Made by a program: the position numbers and the translations under genes. A stretch of DNA of 64,000 nt from Candidatus Thiothrix anitrata (GTDB lineage: Bacteria; Pseudomonadota; Gammaproteobacteria; Thiotrichales; Thiotrichaceae): positions 645,283-709,282 of the forward strand of contig NZ_CP072800.1 in NCBI RefSeq assembly GCF_017901155.1. Reading direction: 5' to 3'. The notes below the pieces were generated by a model. It was not told the origin of the DNA, made no database searches, and saw nothing but the letters and a program-made list of their open reading frames with translations. Shown piece after piece: positions 31,371 to 41,300 of this stretch (positions are counted from its first letter, which is position 1; every line of letters begins with the position of its first letter).

Positions 31371-31399
31371 GGTAGAGACGCAAAATTTTGCGTCCCTAC
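31371..31399. repeat. REP-like 29-bp palindrome (copy 2)
   Basis: GGTAGAGACGCAAAATTTTGCGTCCCTAC lies just 3' of the SPFH gene stop (31419) and upstream of maeB. Confidence 0.6.
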
Positions 31400-31418
31400 T
31401 GGCTTGCATTGTTGAAGG

Positions 31419-32582
31419 TTATGCGGCTTTACTCTTGTCGGTCAACTTAACCAAATCGTTCATGACGCCATCCAGACCGCCGTAGACGTTCAGGGTGCTG
31501 ATGCGCCCGGTGATCTTTTCCAAAATTTCCAGCTCTTTGAGACGCAGCAAGACCGGGTTGCCTTCCATGACTTTGGCGGTGTTGTGCATGGAGCGCGTTT
31601 CCTGCGTTTCTTCACGGCGGCGGATTTGGTTAGCTTCGGCCTTTTTCTCGGCTTCAACGACTTGCGCCAAAATCGCTTTCATATCACCGGGCAATACGAT
31701 GTCACGCGCCCCGACGGTTTTCAGGTCGATGCCGTAAGCTGTCGCTTTTTCCGCCACCGTTTGCTGGATGGATTGGTTCAGCAGGTTTTTGTCTGCCAGC
31801 AATTCGTCCAGCGTTTGGGTGGAAACCACTGCACGTAACGCCAGTTGCAGTTCGCGGTACAGGTAGTCTTTGTGGTCTGCCAGTGCCGTTTTGACTTGCT
31901 GCGGGTCAACAATCTGCCACATGGCGGACAGGTTGATGCGCAAGCCCACGCGGTCTTTGGTGAGGATTTCCTGACCGTTGACTTCCATGTTTTGCAAACG
32001 GCAATCCAGTTGGGTTGCTTCGATGGTGTGGTTGAACTTCCACCAAACGTGCGTACCTGCTGTCAGCATTTCGTGCTGTTCGCCGTCAACTTCCAGAAAA
32101 CCGCTGTGGCCTTCGGGGATGGTGGCGATAGCCATTGCATTTAATGCCGCCGCCCGCAAGATGGGGTCTTTGGCTGCCAGCAATTGGCTTGCCAAGGCTT
32201 TGGGCAATTTGAAATCGGCACTGATGTCGAGCTTGCGGATTTCAATGCTGCGTTGACCTTGCCAGCACGCGCCACGTTGTGCGGGTGGCTTGATGTCTTT
32301 CAGCACCTTGTCTTGGTACAGCAAACCGACTTCCTGTTCGCCGGTTTCCCAGCGATGGAGGTGCGTGGCGAATTTGTCGGCGTGCAAGTCGGCAAGGCTG
32401 ACGACATCATCCGGCACGAAGGTTTGCGCACTGCCTGTGACGGCGAATTGCTGGACGCGATACTGGTTTTTCCAGCCGTAAAAGGTGTGGACACCCGCAG
32501 GCAGGATTTCAACGAACTGTTCGTCTTTGAACAACAGCCCGCGATGTGTTTCTGGAACAATAATTTTGGTTTTGAATAACAT
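31419..32582 (-). CDS. SPFH/Band-7 (stomatin/HflC-like) domain protein
   Basis: The start was moved to ATG 32582 (MLFKTKIIVPETHRGLLFKDEQF). The ORF-track start 32774 would run into the tRNA region. The SPFH core is LTKDRVGLRINLSAMWQIVDP, with a C-terminal coiled coil. Confidence 0.7.
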   Translation of the reverse strand: MLFKTKIIVPETHRGLLFKDEQFVEILPAGVHTFYGWKNQYRVQQFAVTGSAQTFVPDDVVSLADLHADKFATHLHRWETGEQEVGLLYQDKVLKDIKPPAQRGACWQGQRSIEIRKLDISADFKLPKALASQLLAAKDPILRAAALNAMAIATIPEGHSGFLEVDGEQHEMLTAGTHVWWKFNHTIEATQLDCRLQNMEVNGQEILTKDRVGLRINLSAMWQIVDPQQVKTALADHKDYLYRELQLALRAVVSTQTLDELLADKNLLNQSIQQTVAEKATAYGIDLKTVGARDIVLPGDMKAILAQVVEAEKKAEANQIRRREETQETRSMHNTAKVMEGNPVLLRLKELEILEKITGRISTLNVYGGLDGVMNDLVKLTDKSKAA

Positions 32583-32832
32583 GGCGTTGTCCTTTAAAAA
32601 TTGGGTGGCATTCCCCCACACCCGTGCAGGCTTGACGGTTTGTGTCGGATGGGAAATCCGCGTGAGCCGAAGCCGTTGCGGTTTCGCATCCACCAAACCC
32701 ACCGTCAAGGCGGCGCGGGTGCTGGTCGTTGCCGTCGGGTAATCCGTGCCGAAACACGTGCTGCCGTCAGGCATTGACCTTGGTGGTTTGCCGTTTGTTT
32801 ACCCTTGCGGGCCAAGCTACCGTAAAAGGGTA

Positions 32833-32905
32833 GTTCACTAGCCGGAGTTGAACCGGCGACAACCAGATACCAGATCCAGTGCTCTACCAGACTGAGCTAT
32901 AGTGA
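32833..32905 (-). tRNA. tRNA-like gene 1 (Pro-UGG-like anticodon loop, non-canonical)
   Basis: The D-arm is ATAGCTCAGTCTGGTAGAGC and the T-arm is GCCGG-TTCAACT-CCGGC. The anticodon arm is CTGGA-TCTGGTA-TCTGG, with C33 and U37. There is an A1·A72 mismatch and no encoded CCA. The 5' end abuts the CCA of the next tRNA. Confidence 0.4.
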
Positions 32906-32980
32906 TGGAGCAGCCAGTTGGAGTTGAACCAACGACCGACCGAATCTCTCGGTTGCTCTACCAGACTGAGCTATGGCTGC
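32906..32980 (-). tRNA. tRNA-like gene 2 (perfect acceptor/T-arm + CCA, shortened anticodon arm)
   Basis: The sequence is GCAGCCA-TA-GCTCAGTCTGGTAGAGC-A-ACCGA/GAGAT/TCGGT-CGGTC-GTTGG-TTCAACT-CCAAC-TGGCTGC-T-CCA. Only a 5-nt loop fits between the anticodon stems. The isotype is undeterminable. Confidence 0.45.
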
Positions 32981-33324
32981 ATGGTTGTGACCATCGAAAC
33001 AGATACGCGGGTACACCAGCGGTGGCAGCGTCAGGCAGGCGGTTGAACCTGCTCCACGAGTAACGAAAGTCGCTAATGGTTTTGCAAAGTGTGTGCCAAC
33101 TGCGCTTTTTTTCTTTAAGTGGTTGATAAAAGATGACTTGATGTGGAGGGTGGTCGCTGGTGGGAAAGCAAGACTATCGAAATTGCTATCTATAAAAATA
33201 CAAATCTATTTTTTGTTAAACCAACCTTTCTCCAACCTTGATGCCGTATGTTATCGCTCAAGAGCCAAGTAGAGGACGCGGCTCTACCCGATACCATCAT
33301 GGATAATGAGAGAGGAGAACAGTC

Positions 33325-34845
33325 ATGCAATACGCAAATCCCAATACCGAAGGCGCAGTCATCCACTTCAAAGAACGCTATGAAAACTTCATTGGCGGTG
33401 CTTGGGTTGCCCCCGTCAACGGCGAATACTTCGACAATATTTCCCCGGTCAACGGCAAGCCGTTCTGCCAAATCCCGCGCTCCAGTGCGGAAGACATTGA
33501 ACTGGCACTGGATGCTGCCCACGCTGCTAAAGATGCATGGGGCAGAACTTCCGTGACTGCACGTTCCAATATCCTGCTGAAAATCGCCGATCGCATCGAC
33601 GCGAATCTGGAAGTGCTGGCAGTCGCGGAAACCTGGGATAACGGCAAAGCCGTGCGCGAAACCCTCAACGCTGACGTGCCGCTTTCCTCCGACCATTTCC
33701 GTTATTTCGCAGGCTGCTTGCGTGCACAAGAAGGCACGATGGGCGAAATCGACGAAAACACCGTCGCCTACCATTTCCATGAGCCATTAGGCGTGGTGGG
33801 TCAAATCATCCCGTGGAACTTCCCACTGCTGATGGCGTGCTGGAAACTGGCTCCGGCACTGGCAGCAGGCAACTGCGTAGTCTTGAAACCTGCCGAACAA
33901 ACCCCTGCCTCCATCCTGATCATGATGGAACTGATTGCGGATTTATTGCCGCCGGGCGTACTGAACGTGGTTAACGGTTTCGGCGTAGAAGCAGGCAAAG
34001 CACTCGCCACCAGCACCCGCATTGCCAAAATCGCGTTCACCGGCTCCACCCCCGTCGGCTCGCTGATTATGAAATACGCGGCGGAAAACATTATTCCTTC
34101 CACCGTTGAACTCGGCGGCAAATCCCCGAATATTTTCTTCGCCGATGTGCTGGATCAGGAAGATGCGTTTGTCAGCAAAGCGGTCGAAGGTGCGGTACTG
34201 GCATTCTTCAACCAAGGCGAAGTCTGCACTTGCCCGTCACGCCTGCTGATTCAGGAATCCATTTACGAGAAATTCATCGGCATGGTGATCGAGCGTTCCG
34301 CACAAATCAAACGCGGCAACCCGCTGGATACCGAAGTCATGGTGGGTGCGCAAGCCTCGCAAGAGCAGTACGACAAAATCCTCAGCTACATCCAGATCGG
34401 CAAAGACGAAGGCGCGGAAGTCATTACAGGCGGCGCGGTCGAAACGATGGAAGCGGCTTACTGCGAAGGCTATTACATCCAGCCGACCTTGCTGAAAGGC
34501 ACGAACAATATGCGCGTGTTCCAGGAAGAAATCTTTGGGCCGGTGGTGTCAGTGGCGACCTTCAAAGACGAAGCCGAAGCATTGGCGATTGCCAACGACA
34601 CCGAATTCGGTCTGGGTGCAGGGGTGTGGACTCGTGACATGAACCGTTCTTACCGCATGGGTCGTGGCATCCAAGCCGGTCGGGTGTGGACAAACTGCTA
34701 CCATCTGTATCCGGCGCACGCGGCATTTGGTGGCTACAAAAAATCCGGCGTAGGCCGCGAAACCCACAAGATGATGCTTGATCATTACCAGCAGACCAAA
34801 AACCTGCTGGTAAGCTACGACATCAATCCGTTGGGCTTCTTCTAA
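33325..34845 (+). CDS. NAD(P)-dependent aldehyde dehydrogenase (AldB/ExaC-like)
   Basis: The protein is 506 aa. The ALDH Glu active site is VELGGKSP. The VCTCPSR stretch is where the catalytic Cys would be expected. Confidence 0.85.
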   Translation: MQYANPNTEGAVIHFKERYENFIGGAWVAPVNGEYFDNISPVNGKPFCQIPRSSAEDIELALDAAHAAKDAWGRTSVTARSNILLKIADRIDANLEVLAVAETWDNGKAVRETLNADVPLSSDHFRYFAGCLRAQEGTMGEIDENTVAYHFHEPLGVVGQIIPWNFPLLMACWKLAPALAAGNCVVLKPAEQTPASILIMMELIADLLPPGVLNVVNGFGVEAGKALATSTRIAKIAFTGSTPVGSLIMKYAAENIIPSTVELGGKSPNIFFADVLDQEDAFVSKAVEGAVLAFFNQGEVCTCPSRLLIQESIYEKFIGMVIERSAQIKRGNPLDTEVMVGAQASQEQYDKILSYIQIGKDEGAEVITGGAVETMEAAYCEGYYIQPTLLKGTNNMRVFQEEIFGPVVSVATFKDEAEALAIANDTEFGLGAGVWTRDMNRSYRMGRGIQAGRVWTNCYHLYPAHAAFGGYKKSGVGRETHKMMLDHYQQTKNLLVSYDINPLGFF

Positions 34846-34873
34846 GTTTCCTCCTCCTCGCGTGGTGTAGTGT

Positions 34874-34897
34874 GCGGGTCGGCTTAGTCTGACCCGC
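34874..34897. terminator. Hairpin between the convergent aldh and dsbB genes
   Basis: A GCGGGTC/GACCCGC 7-bp stem has a 10-nt loop and a short T-run. Confidence 0.4.
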
Positions 34898-35384
34898 GTT
34901 TAAACAACGCCCACACGGCAACGACCAACGCTGACGCGAAAGAAACCAACGCCCAATTGGCGAGCGAAAGCCCCATAATCACCAATTCCTCGTCTTCACA
35001 CAAACCGCAGACCTCAAACAAGCTGGGCACGTTGTCGCTCAGGAAATAAACAAATTGCTCAATCAAGCCGGGTTGACTGCCCGCACAAGAAGCACTACCG
35101 GGCGGCTGTAATTGCAACCAGGTTTGATAACTCGCCGTAGCCGTTCCCACGCCTGCCAGCAATAGCACCAGACTACCCCACACTTTTTCACCAAACCCGG
35201 TTGCTGCCAGCAGCCCGAATACCGCAATCAGCATGAATAACAGTCGCTGGAAAATACACAAATAGCAGGGGTGGAGATCCAGCCATGCTGTCAGCACAAA
35301 GCTGCTTGCTGCGAGGCTTAGCGCGATCAGGCCAATCGCCAGCCAGAGGGATTTAGGGGTTAGTGTTAGCATGGGTAGGAGCAT
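34884..35384 (-). CDS. dsbB: Disulfide bond formation protein B
   Basis: Four TM segments are present, with a Cys pair (CYLCIFQR) in the first periplasmic loop and a second Cys pair (CAGS...C) later. Confidence 0.8.
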   Translation of the reverse strand: MLLPMLTLTPKSLWLAIGLIALSLAASSFVLTAWLDLHPCYLCIFQRLLFMLIAVFGLLAATGFGEKVWGSLVLLLAGVGTATASYQTWLQLQPPGSASCAGSQPGLIEQFVYFLSDNVPSLFEVCGLCEDEELVIMGLSLANWALVSFASALVVAVWALFKRGSD

Positions 35385-35453
35385 CCTTTGTTCAGGTGTT
35401 GTCAGTGTAATCTATTTTCGCACACATCGTAAAATAGTCTGGATTTTTTTACG

Positions 35454-36695
35454 ATGTACCATAGAATAATACAAATGAAACGCTTTTATACCAATATCTT
35501 ACAAAACGAACTGCTGGGACAGCGGCAAATGCTGTTTGTCTCTGGATCCCGTCAGGTCGGCAAAACCACACTGGCAAAAGCCATCGTTGAACAGCAACAC
35601 GGGCAATACTACAACTGGGATAACCGCCAGCATCGGCAATGGATTCTGGAAAGCGTCAGCAATATGAGCAACGCTACCCTGCTTAATCAGATGGGTGTGC
35701 ATGAGTTACACGACCAGCGGGCAGTGGTGGTTTTCGACGAATTGCACAAGTACAAGGACTGGAAAAACTACCTCAAAGGCTTGTTTGACTTGTACGAACA
35801 ACAACTGGCGGTGTTGGCGACGGGCAGTGCGCGGATGGATATTTTCCGCAAGGGTGGCGATAGCCTGATGGGGCGTTATTTCCATTACCGGATGCACCCC
35901 TTGAGTTTGCGTGAAATCAGTGCGCCTTTTGTCGCTGGGCAATTGCTGCAAGACCCGCATAAACCCGAACCCACTGCGCTGGAACAGTTACGCCGTTTTG
36001 GTGGTTTCCCTGAGCCATTCCTCAAAGCGGATACCCGTTTTTACAACCGTTGGCAGCAATTACGCCAGCAACAACTGATTCAGGAAGACATCCGCGACAC
36101 CAATACCGTGCAAGACATCGCCCATCTGGATGTACTCGCCACCCTGTTGCGGGAACAATGTGGGCAGGTGGTGCGTTACAGCTCGCTGGCAAACCAGATC
36201 AATGTCAGTGTGGATACCATCCGCCGCTGGGTGACGCTGCTGGAAAGTTTCTACTATGCCTTTCGGGTTACGCCTTGGTTCAATAATCTTGCATCTGCCT
36301 TGCGCAAAGAGCCGAAAATCTATCTGTGGGATTGGTCGCAGGTGAAAGACATCGGTGCGAAAAACGAAAATCTGATTGCCAGCCATTTGCTCAAAGCCGT
36401 GCATTGGTGGACAGATCATGGGTTGGGCGATTACCAACTGCATTATTTGCGCACCAAAGACCAGAAAGAAGTCGATTTCCTCATCAGCCGCGATAACCAG
36501 CCCTGGTTGTTGGTGGAAGTGAAAAGTTCTGCCAACCAACCGCTTAACAAGCATCTGGGCTGGTTTCAGGAACAACTGGGTGCGGAACATGCCTTGCAGG
36601 TGGTGATGGATATGCCGTATGTGGAAGCGGATTGCTTTGCAGTGGGAAAGCCTGTGAAAGTGCCGGTGGAGACGTTGTTGATGCGGTTGGTTTGA
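35454..36695 (+). CDS. AAA+ superfamily ATPase with DUF4143 C-terminal domain
   Basis: Walker A is SGSRQVGKTTL, Walker B is VVVFDELH, and a C-terminal DUF4143-like region follows. Confidence 0.7.
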   Translation: MYHRIIQMKRFYTNILQNELLGQRQMLFVSGSRQVGKTTLAKAIVEQQHGQYYNWDNRQHRQWILESVSNMSNATLLNQMGVHELHDQRAVVVFDELHKYKDWKNYLKGLFDLYEQQLAVLATGSARMDIFRKGGDSLMGRYFHYRMHPLSLREISAPFVAGQLLQDPHKPEPTALEQLRRFGGFPEPFLKADTRFYNRWQQLRQQQLIQEDIRDTNTVQDIAHLDVLATLLREQCGQVVRYSSLANQINVSVDTIRRWVTLLESFYYAFRVTPWFNNLASALRKEPKIYLWDWSQVKDIGAKNENLIASHLLKAVHWWTDHGLGDYQLHYLRTKDQKEVDFLISRDNQPWLLVEVKSSANQPLNKHLGWFQEQLGAEHALQVVMDMPYVEADCFAVGKPVKVPVETLLMRLV

Positions 36696-36696
36696 G

Positions 36697-37840
36697 TGCC
36701 AATATGGCGAATTCGTATCATAAGTGCATAACCCGTTAATCGAGACGGGATGCGGCTTTCCTCATAAGGTCAGAGGCAAGATGTGGTAAAAAGCATCCCG
36801 AAAAACCACTGACGGGAGAGCTTCATGACTTACACACACCTTACCTCTGAGGAGAGGTATTATATCGAAACACGGCACAAGATGAAGGAGTCGGAGTCAA
36901 CAATAGCCCTCGCCTTGGGGCGCAGCCAATCGACGATCCACCGTGAACTGACCCGCAACCGAGGGCAACGCGGCTACCGGCACAAACAAGCGCACGCCAA
37001 AGCACAGCAACGGCATGTTGAGAAGCCCAAGGTGGTCAAGTTGACCCCAGAGCTGGCGGGCAACATTGGTACATTGTTGGAAGAACAGCAGTGGAGTCCA
37101 GAGCAAATCAGTGGCAGGCTGAAAGCCGATGGTAAAGCGAGTGTTTGCCATGAAACCATCTACCAGCACGTGCTGAAGGATAAGCGTGCGGGCGGTAAGC
37201 TATACCTGAACCTGCGCCGTCATGCGAAGAAATACCGCAAACGTTATGGTAGTGGCACTGGCAGTGTCAAAGGCATCCCTAACCGGGTGGACATTGAGGA
37301 ACGCCCGGAAGTCGCCAACCAGCGTGAACGGCTGGGCGACTGGGAAGCGGACACCATGATTGGCAAGAGTCACAAAGGCGCACTGGTGACGCTGGACGAA
37401 CGCAAATCCAAGCTACGCCTAGCTCTACCGGTGGCAAACAAGACCGCAGAGGCAGTGACCAGCAGCATTATTAGCTTACTGTCCGGCTTCAAGGATTACG
37501 TACACACGCTCACCTTCGATAACGGCAAGGAGTTTGCCAAACATGAGCAAGTTGCCCAAGCCATTGGGTGCGAAACGTATTTCGCCAAGCCCTACCATTC
37601 GTGGGAGCGTGGGCAAAATGAGAATGCCAATGGGCTGTTACGCCAATACTTCCCCAAGGCAATGGGGCTATTGGACGTGACCACCCGACAGGTAGTTGAG
37701 GCTGTGCATAAACTCAACAACAGACCAAGGAAGTGTCTGGGGTTCAAGACACCTTACGAGGTGTTCCGCGAGCTATCCGGCATGGATGCTGAAAAGTTGG
37801 TGGGTTATGCACTTATTACTTGAATTCACCAATCTGGTCT
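36697..37840 (+). mobile_element. IS30-family insertion sequence (about 1.15 kb) with imperfect terminal inverted repeats
   Basis: IRL is TGGCGAATTCGTATCATAAGTGCATA (36705..36730). IRR (reverse complement of 37807..37832) is TGGTGAATTCAAGTAATAAGTGCATA, matching at about 21 of 26 positions. An intact transposase lies inside. Confidence 0.75.
36825..37823 (+). CDS. IS30 family transposase (DDE)
   Basis: An N-terminal HTH (IALALGRSQSTIHRELTRN) is followed by the IS30 DDE core (GDWEADTMIG...LTFDNGKEF...NENANGLLRQYFPK). Confidence 0.9.
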   Translation: MTYTHLTSEERYYIETRHKMKESESTIALALGRSQSTIHRELTRNRGQRGYRHKQAHAKAQQRHVEKPKVVKLTPELAGNIGTLLEEQQWSPEQISGRLKADGKASVCHETIYQHVLKDKRAGGKLYLNLRRHAKKYRKRYGSGTGSVKGIPNRVDIEERPEVANQRERLGDWEADTMIGKSHKGALVTLDERKSKLRLALPVANKTAEAVTSSIISLLSGFKDYVHTLTFDNGKEFAKHEQVAQAIGCETYFAKPYHSWERGQNENANGLLRQYFPKAMGLLDVTTRQVVEAVHKLNNRPRKCLGFKTPYEVFRELSGMDAEKLVGYALIT

Positions 37841-38298
37841 TCATTCAACTGCGCCATCACGTTATGCACCGAATCGCCATGTGGCATCGCAAACCCAAAC
37901 AGGCGTTGGTAGTTCTCCGCAAACTGCGCATCACCACGGTAGTGATTGTATTGGTTACGCGATTCGGACTTAAACAAAAACAAGGCCAGACAAGCTGTCA
38001 GGTGGGCTGCCAGTTCATAATCCGAGGCTTTCTTGCGGCGGTCATCCACTTGGCGCATCCAATCCAGAAGGTGGGGGAAGTGTTGGAGGATGGTGCGGTG
38101 CATTTCATACACCAAGGCGGTTTTTTTGCGCTGCTGCGCGGCAATGACACGCTTTTGGGCTGATACGTCGCGCTGCTTAATTTTGCTTGCCTGACGTGGG
38201 CTTAAACGGCTACGCTGTTTGGCTGGTGGGGTTTTTTCATGAGTTTCACTTTGTAGTAGGGGTTGGAATGATTGGAAAATACCCACCTTTTGCCACAA
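37816..38298 (-). pseudogene. Hypothetical ORF truncated at its 3' end by the IS30 insertion (possibly a transposase N-terminal fragment)
   Basis: The 160-aa ORF has its C-terminus running into IS30 IRR. It is basic, with an HTH-like N-terminal region (RKKASDYELAAHLTACLALFLFK). Confidence 0.35.
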
Positions 38299-38377
38299 TA
38301 GCCGGAAAAATAAAAGACCAAAACCCCTTAAATCATTGATCAGTGAGGCGAATAGTTATGTTCTGAATCGCTGCCGT

Positions 38378-41300
38378 TTAGCGTGGCACTGCACCGTAGA
38401 TAACGAAGTTCGCGTTGGCATCCGTATTTACGGGGTGCACCATAATATTCCCCAACAAAATGTTAAGGTCATTGCTTGGCCCGGAAAATACCGTCAAACC
38501 ATCCAAATTCAAATCGGTAGCGTAATAACCTGCCATTCTGAAATGCGTCGTTACTAGAGTATTTTCTGGTGCAATTAAGATCGCGCCCAACATAATATTA
38601 GTATCACTACCCGGCCCAGAACCCACTACCGAATTGCTATTATTACTATCACCAGCCCACAGAAACGCCTTATCATCTACCAAATAACGCTGATTTTCAC
38701 CGTAAACCGGATAAGTTGGCTTGGTAAAATCAAGCGGCACGGCAGTTTCACCCAAACTCAACGGCATCGCTGTCATCAGCCCGATATGATTGCGATGACG
38801 CAGCACCACGTAATAGCTTCCCGGTGCGACGCCTCGGAATACAATATTGGTAGAACCGGTTGCTGCATTAATGACATCACCATCACGTTGTAACAAAGCC
38901 GCCTTCCCTGCCACACGTCGTGCCGGATTAGCCACCTCACGCAACTCCAACAATACCCAGTCTACGGGCGCATTCTCCGCTGTCATCGCGGCAACGCTGT
39001 CACTGATACGCTCATCGCCGTGATAATTGAACGGTGGAATACCCTCAAACACCGTGTAACCAAAACTAGTCACCAATTTATTAAACGGCTGCGGCTTGGG
39101 CACATACCCTTTAGTAAACAGCTGATTGTTCATCAAAGCCGTTTGAGCGTTATATGCTCCTTGCAAATACGCCCGCATAGACAAGTGTACACTTGGCTCG
39201 TCGTTGTTATCCAAATAATTAGAAATCCCATCATCATCGCTATCAATCGCATCTGAAGGGTTGCCATCACCATTAGGATCAGCACGTTCAGTGCTTGTCA
39301 ACTTACCGTCACCATCATCATCGGCATCCAAATAATCCGGCTTGTCATCACTGTCGGTATTCCGTGCATCTGCTGGATTACCATCACCATTGGAATCAGC
39401 CATCTCATGCTGAGTTAAAATACCATCACCATCATCATCAGGGTCACGGTAATCGGGAATACCATCACTATCCGTATCTTTTCCGTTACTAAATGGATCT
39501 ACCGTGCCCGACTCAATTTCGTATTGATCAAGAATGCCATCAGCATCTGTATCTTCTGGTACATCGGTAATTTTGACGGTCAATTTTTGGGTAGTACAAC
39601 CGCCTTTACTATCGCAAACCGTAACCTGCACCTCGTAAGTGTTCTTTTTATCCACATCCAACGGACGCTCAAAGTCAGGTACTCCTGTAAACTCCAGCCA
39701 ACCTTTAGCAGGGTGCATCGTAAATGCCCATTTATCTTCCCCACCGGTAATCAACCATGTCAAACCATTGCCTTCGATGTCACCATCCGCATCCGTTGCG
39801 TCATAGTCCAGTACCAATAAGTTGGAAGTGTTTTCCACATAACTTTGGGTATGCGTGGCGGCATTACTACCGGGCAGGATAACGGGCAAAGCGTTTTCAG
39901 TGGTGTCATCGGTAACAGTCACGTTTATGCTCTGCTTTGCCGTCAATTTGCCGTCACTTACCGTCACTTGTACCAGGTAGCTGTTGTTTTTATCCGCATC
40001 CGCAGGCTTTTCATAATCCGGGGCACTAATGAACCGTAATACGCCCGTGTTGGCATTAATCACAAACTTGCTGCCATCGACTCCGCCGCTAATACTGTAG
40101 CTAAGGGTATCACCATCAACGTCGCTACCTTTCACCGTACTCACTGCCGTGGTGTTTTCCAAAACGGAAACGCTCGCGGTAGCGGCTAGGCTGGGAGCTT
40201 CATTGACGTTAACCAAGCTCACAGTTAAGGTCTGCTTTGCCGTCAATTTGCCGTCACTTACCGTCACTTGTACCAAGTAGCTGTTGTTTTTATCCGCATC
40301 CGCAGGCTTTTCATAATCCGGGGCACTAATGAACCGTAATACCCCTGTGCTGGCATCAATCACAAACTTGCTGCCATCGGCTCCACCGCTAATACTGTAG
40401 CTAAGGGTATCACCATCAACGTCGCTACCTTTCACCGTACTCACTGCCGTGGTGTTTTCCAAAACGGAAACGCTCGCGGTAGCGGCTAGGCTGGGAGCTT
40501 CATTGACGTTAACCAAGCTCACAGTTAAGGTCTGCTTTGCCGTCAATTTGCCGTCACTTACCGTCACTTGTACCAGGTAGCTGTTGTTTTTATCCGCATC
40601 CGCAGGCTTTTCATAATCCGGGGCACTAATGAACCGTAATACGCCCGTGTTGGCATTAATCACAAACTTGCTGCCATCGACTCCGCCGCTAATACTGTAG
40701 CTAAGGGTATCACCATCAACGTCGCTACCTTTCACCGTACTCACTGCCGTGGTGTTTTCCAAAACGGAAACGCTCGCGGTAGCGGCTAGGCTGGGAGCTT
40801 CATTGACGTTAACCAAGCTCACAGTTAAGGTCTGCTTTGCCGTCAATTTGCCGTCACTTACCGTCACTTGTACCAGGTAGCTGTTGTTTTTATCCGCATC
40901 CGCAGGCTTTTCATAATCCGGGGCACTAATGAACCGTAATACGCCCGTGTTGGCATTAATCACAAACTTGCTGCCATCGACTCCGCCGCTAATACTGTAG
41001 CTAAGGGTATCACCATCAACGTCGCTACCTTTCACCGTACTCACTGCCGTGGTGTTTTCCAAAACGGAAACGCTCGCGGTAGCGGCTAGGCTGGGAGCTT
41101 CATTGACGTTAACCAAGCTCACAGTTAAGGTCTGCTTTGCCGTCAATTTGCCGTCACTTACCGTCACTTGTACTAGGTAGCTGTTGTTTTTATCCGCATC
41201 CGCAGGCTTTTCATAATCCGGGGCACTAATGAACCGTAATACGCCCGTGTTGGCATTAATCACAAACTTGCTGCCATCGACTCCGCCGCTAATACTGTAG

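Noticed and set aside
32583-32774. A 64-aa N-terminal extension of the SPFH ORF, reaching toward the tRNA genes.
   Set aside because: The extension is Thr/Ala-rich and featureless. The SPFH family N-terminus begins at the internal MLFKTKIIV. The extension would also overlap the tRNA downstream region.
37816-38298. The possibility that the 160-aa minus ORF is a complete functional transposase.
   Set aside because: It is too short, and its C-terminus runs into the IS30 inverted repeat. It is treated as a truncated remnant with low confidence.
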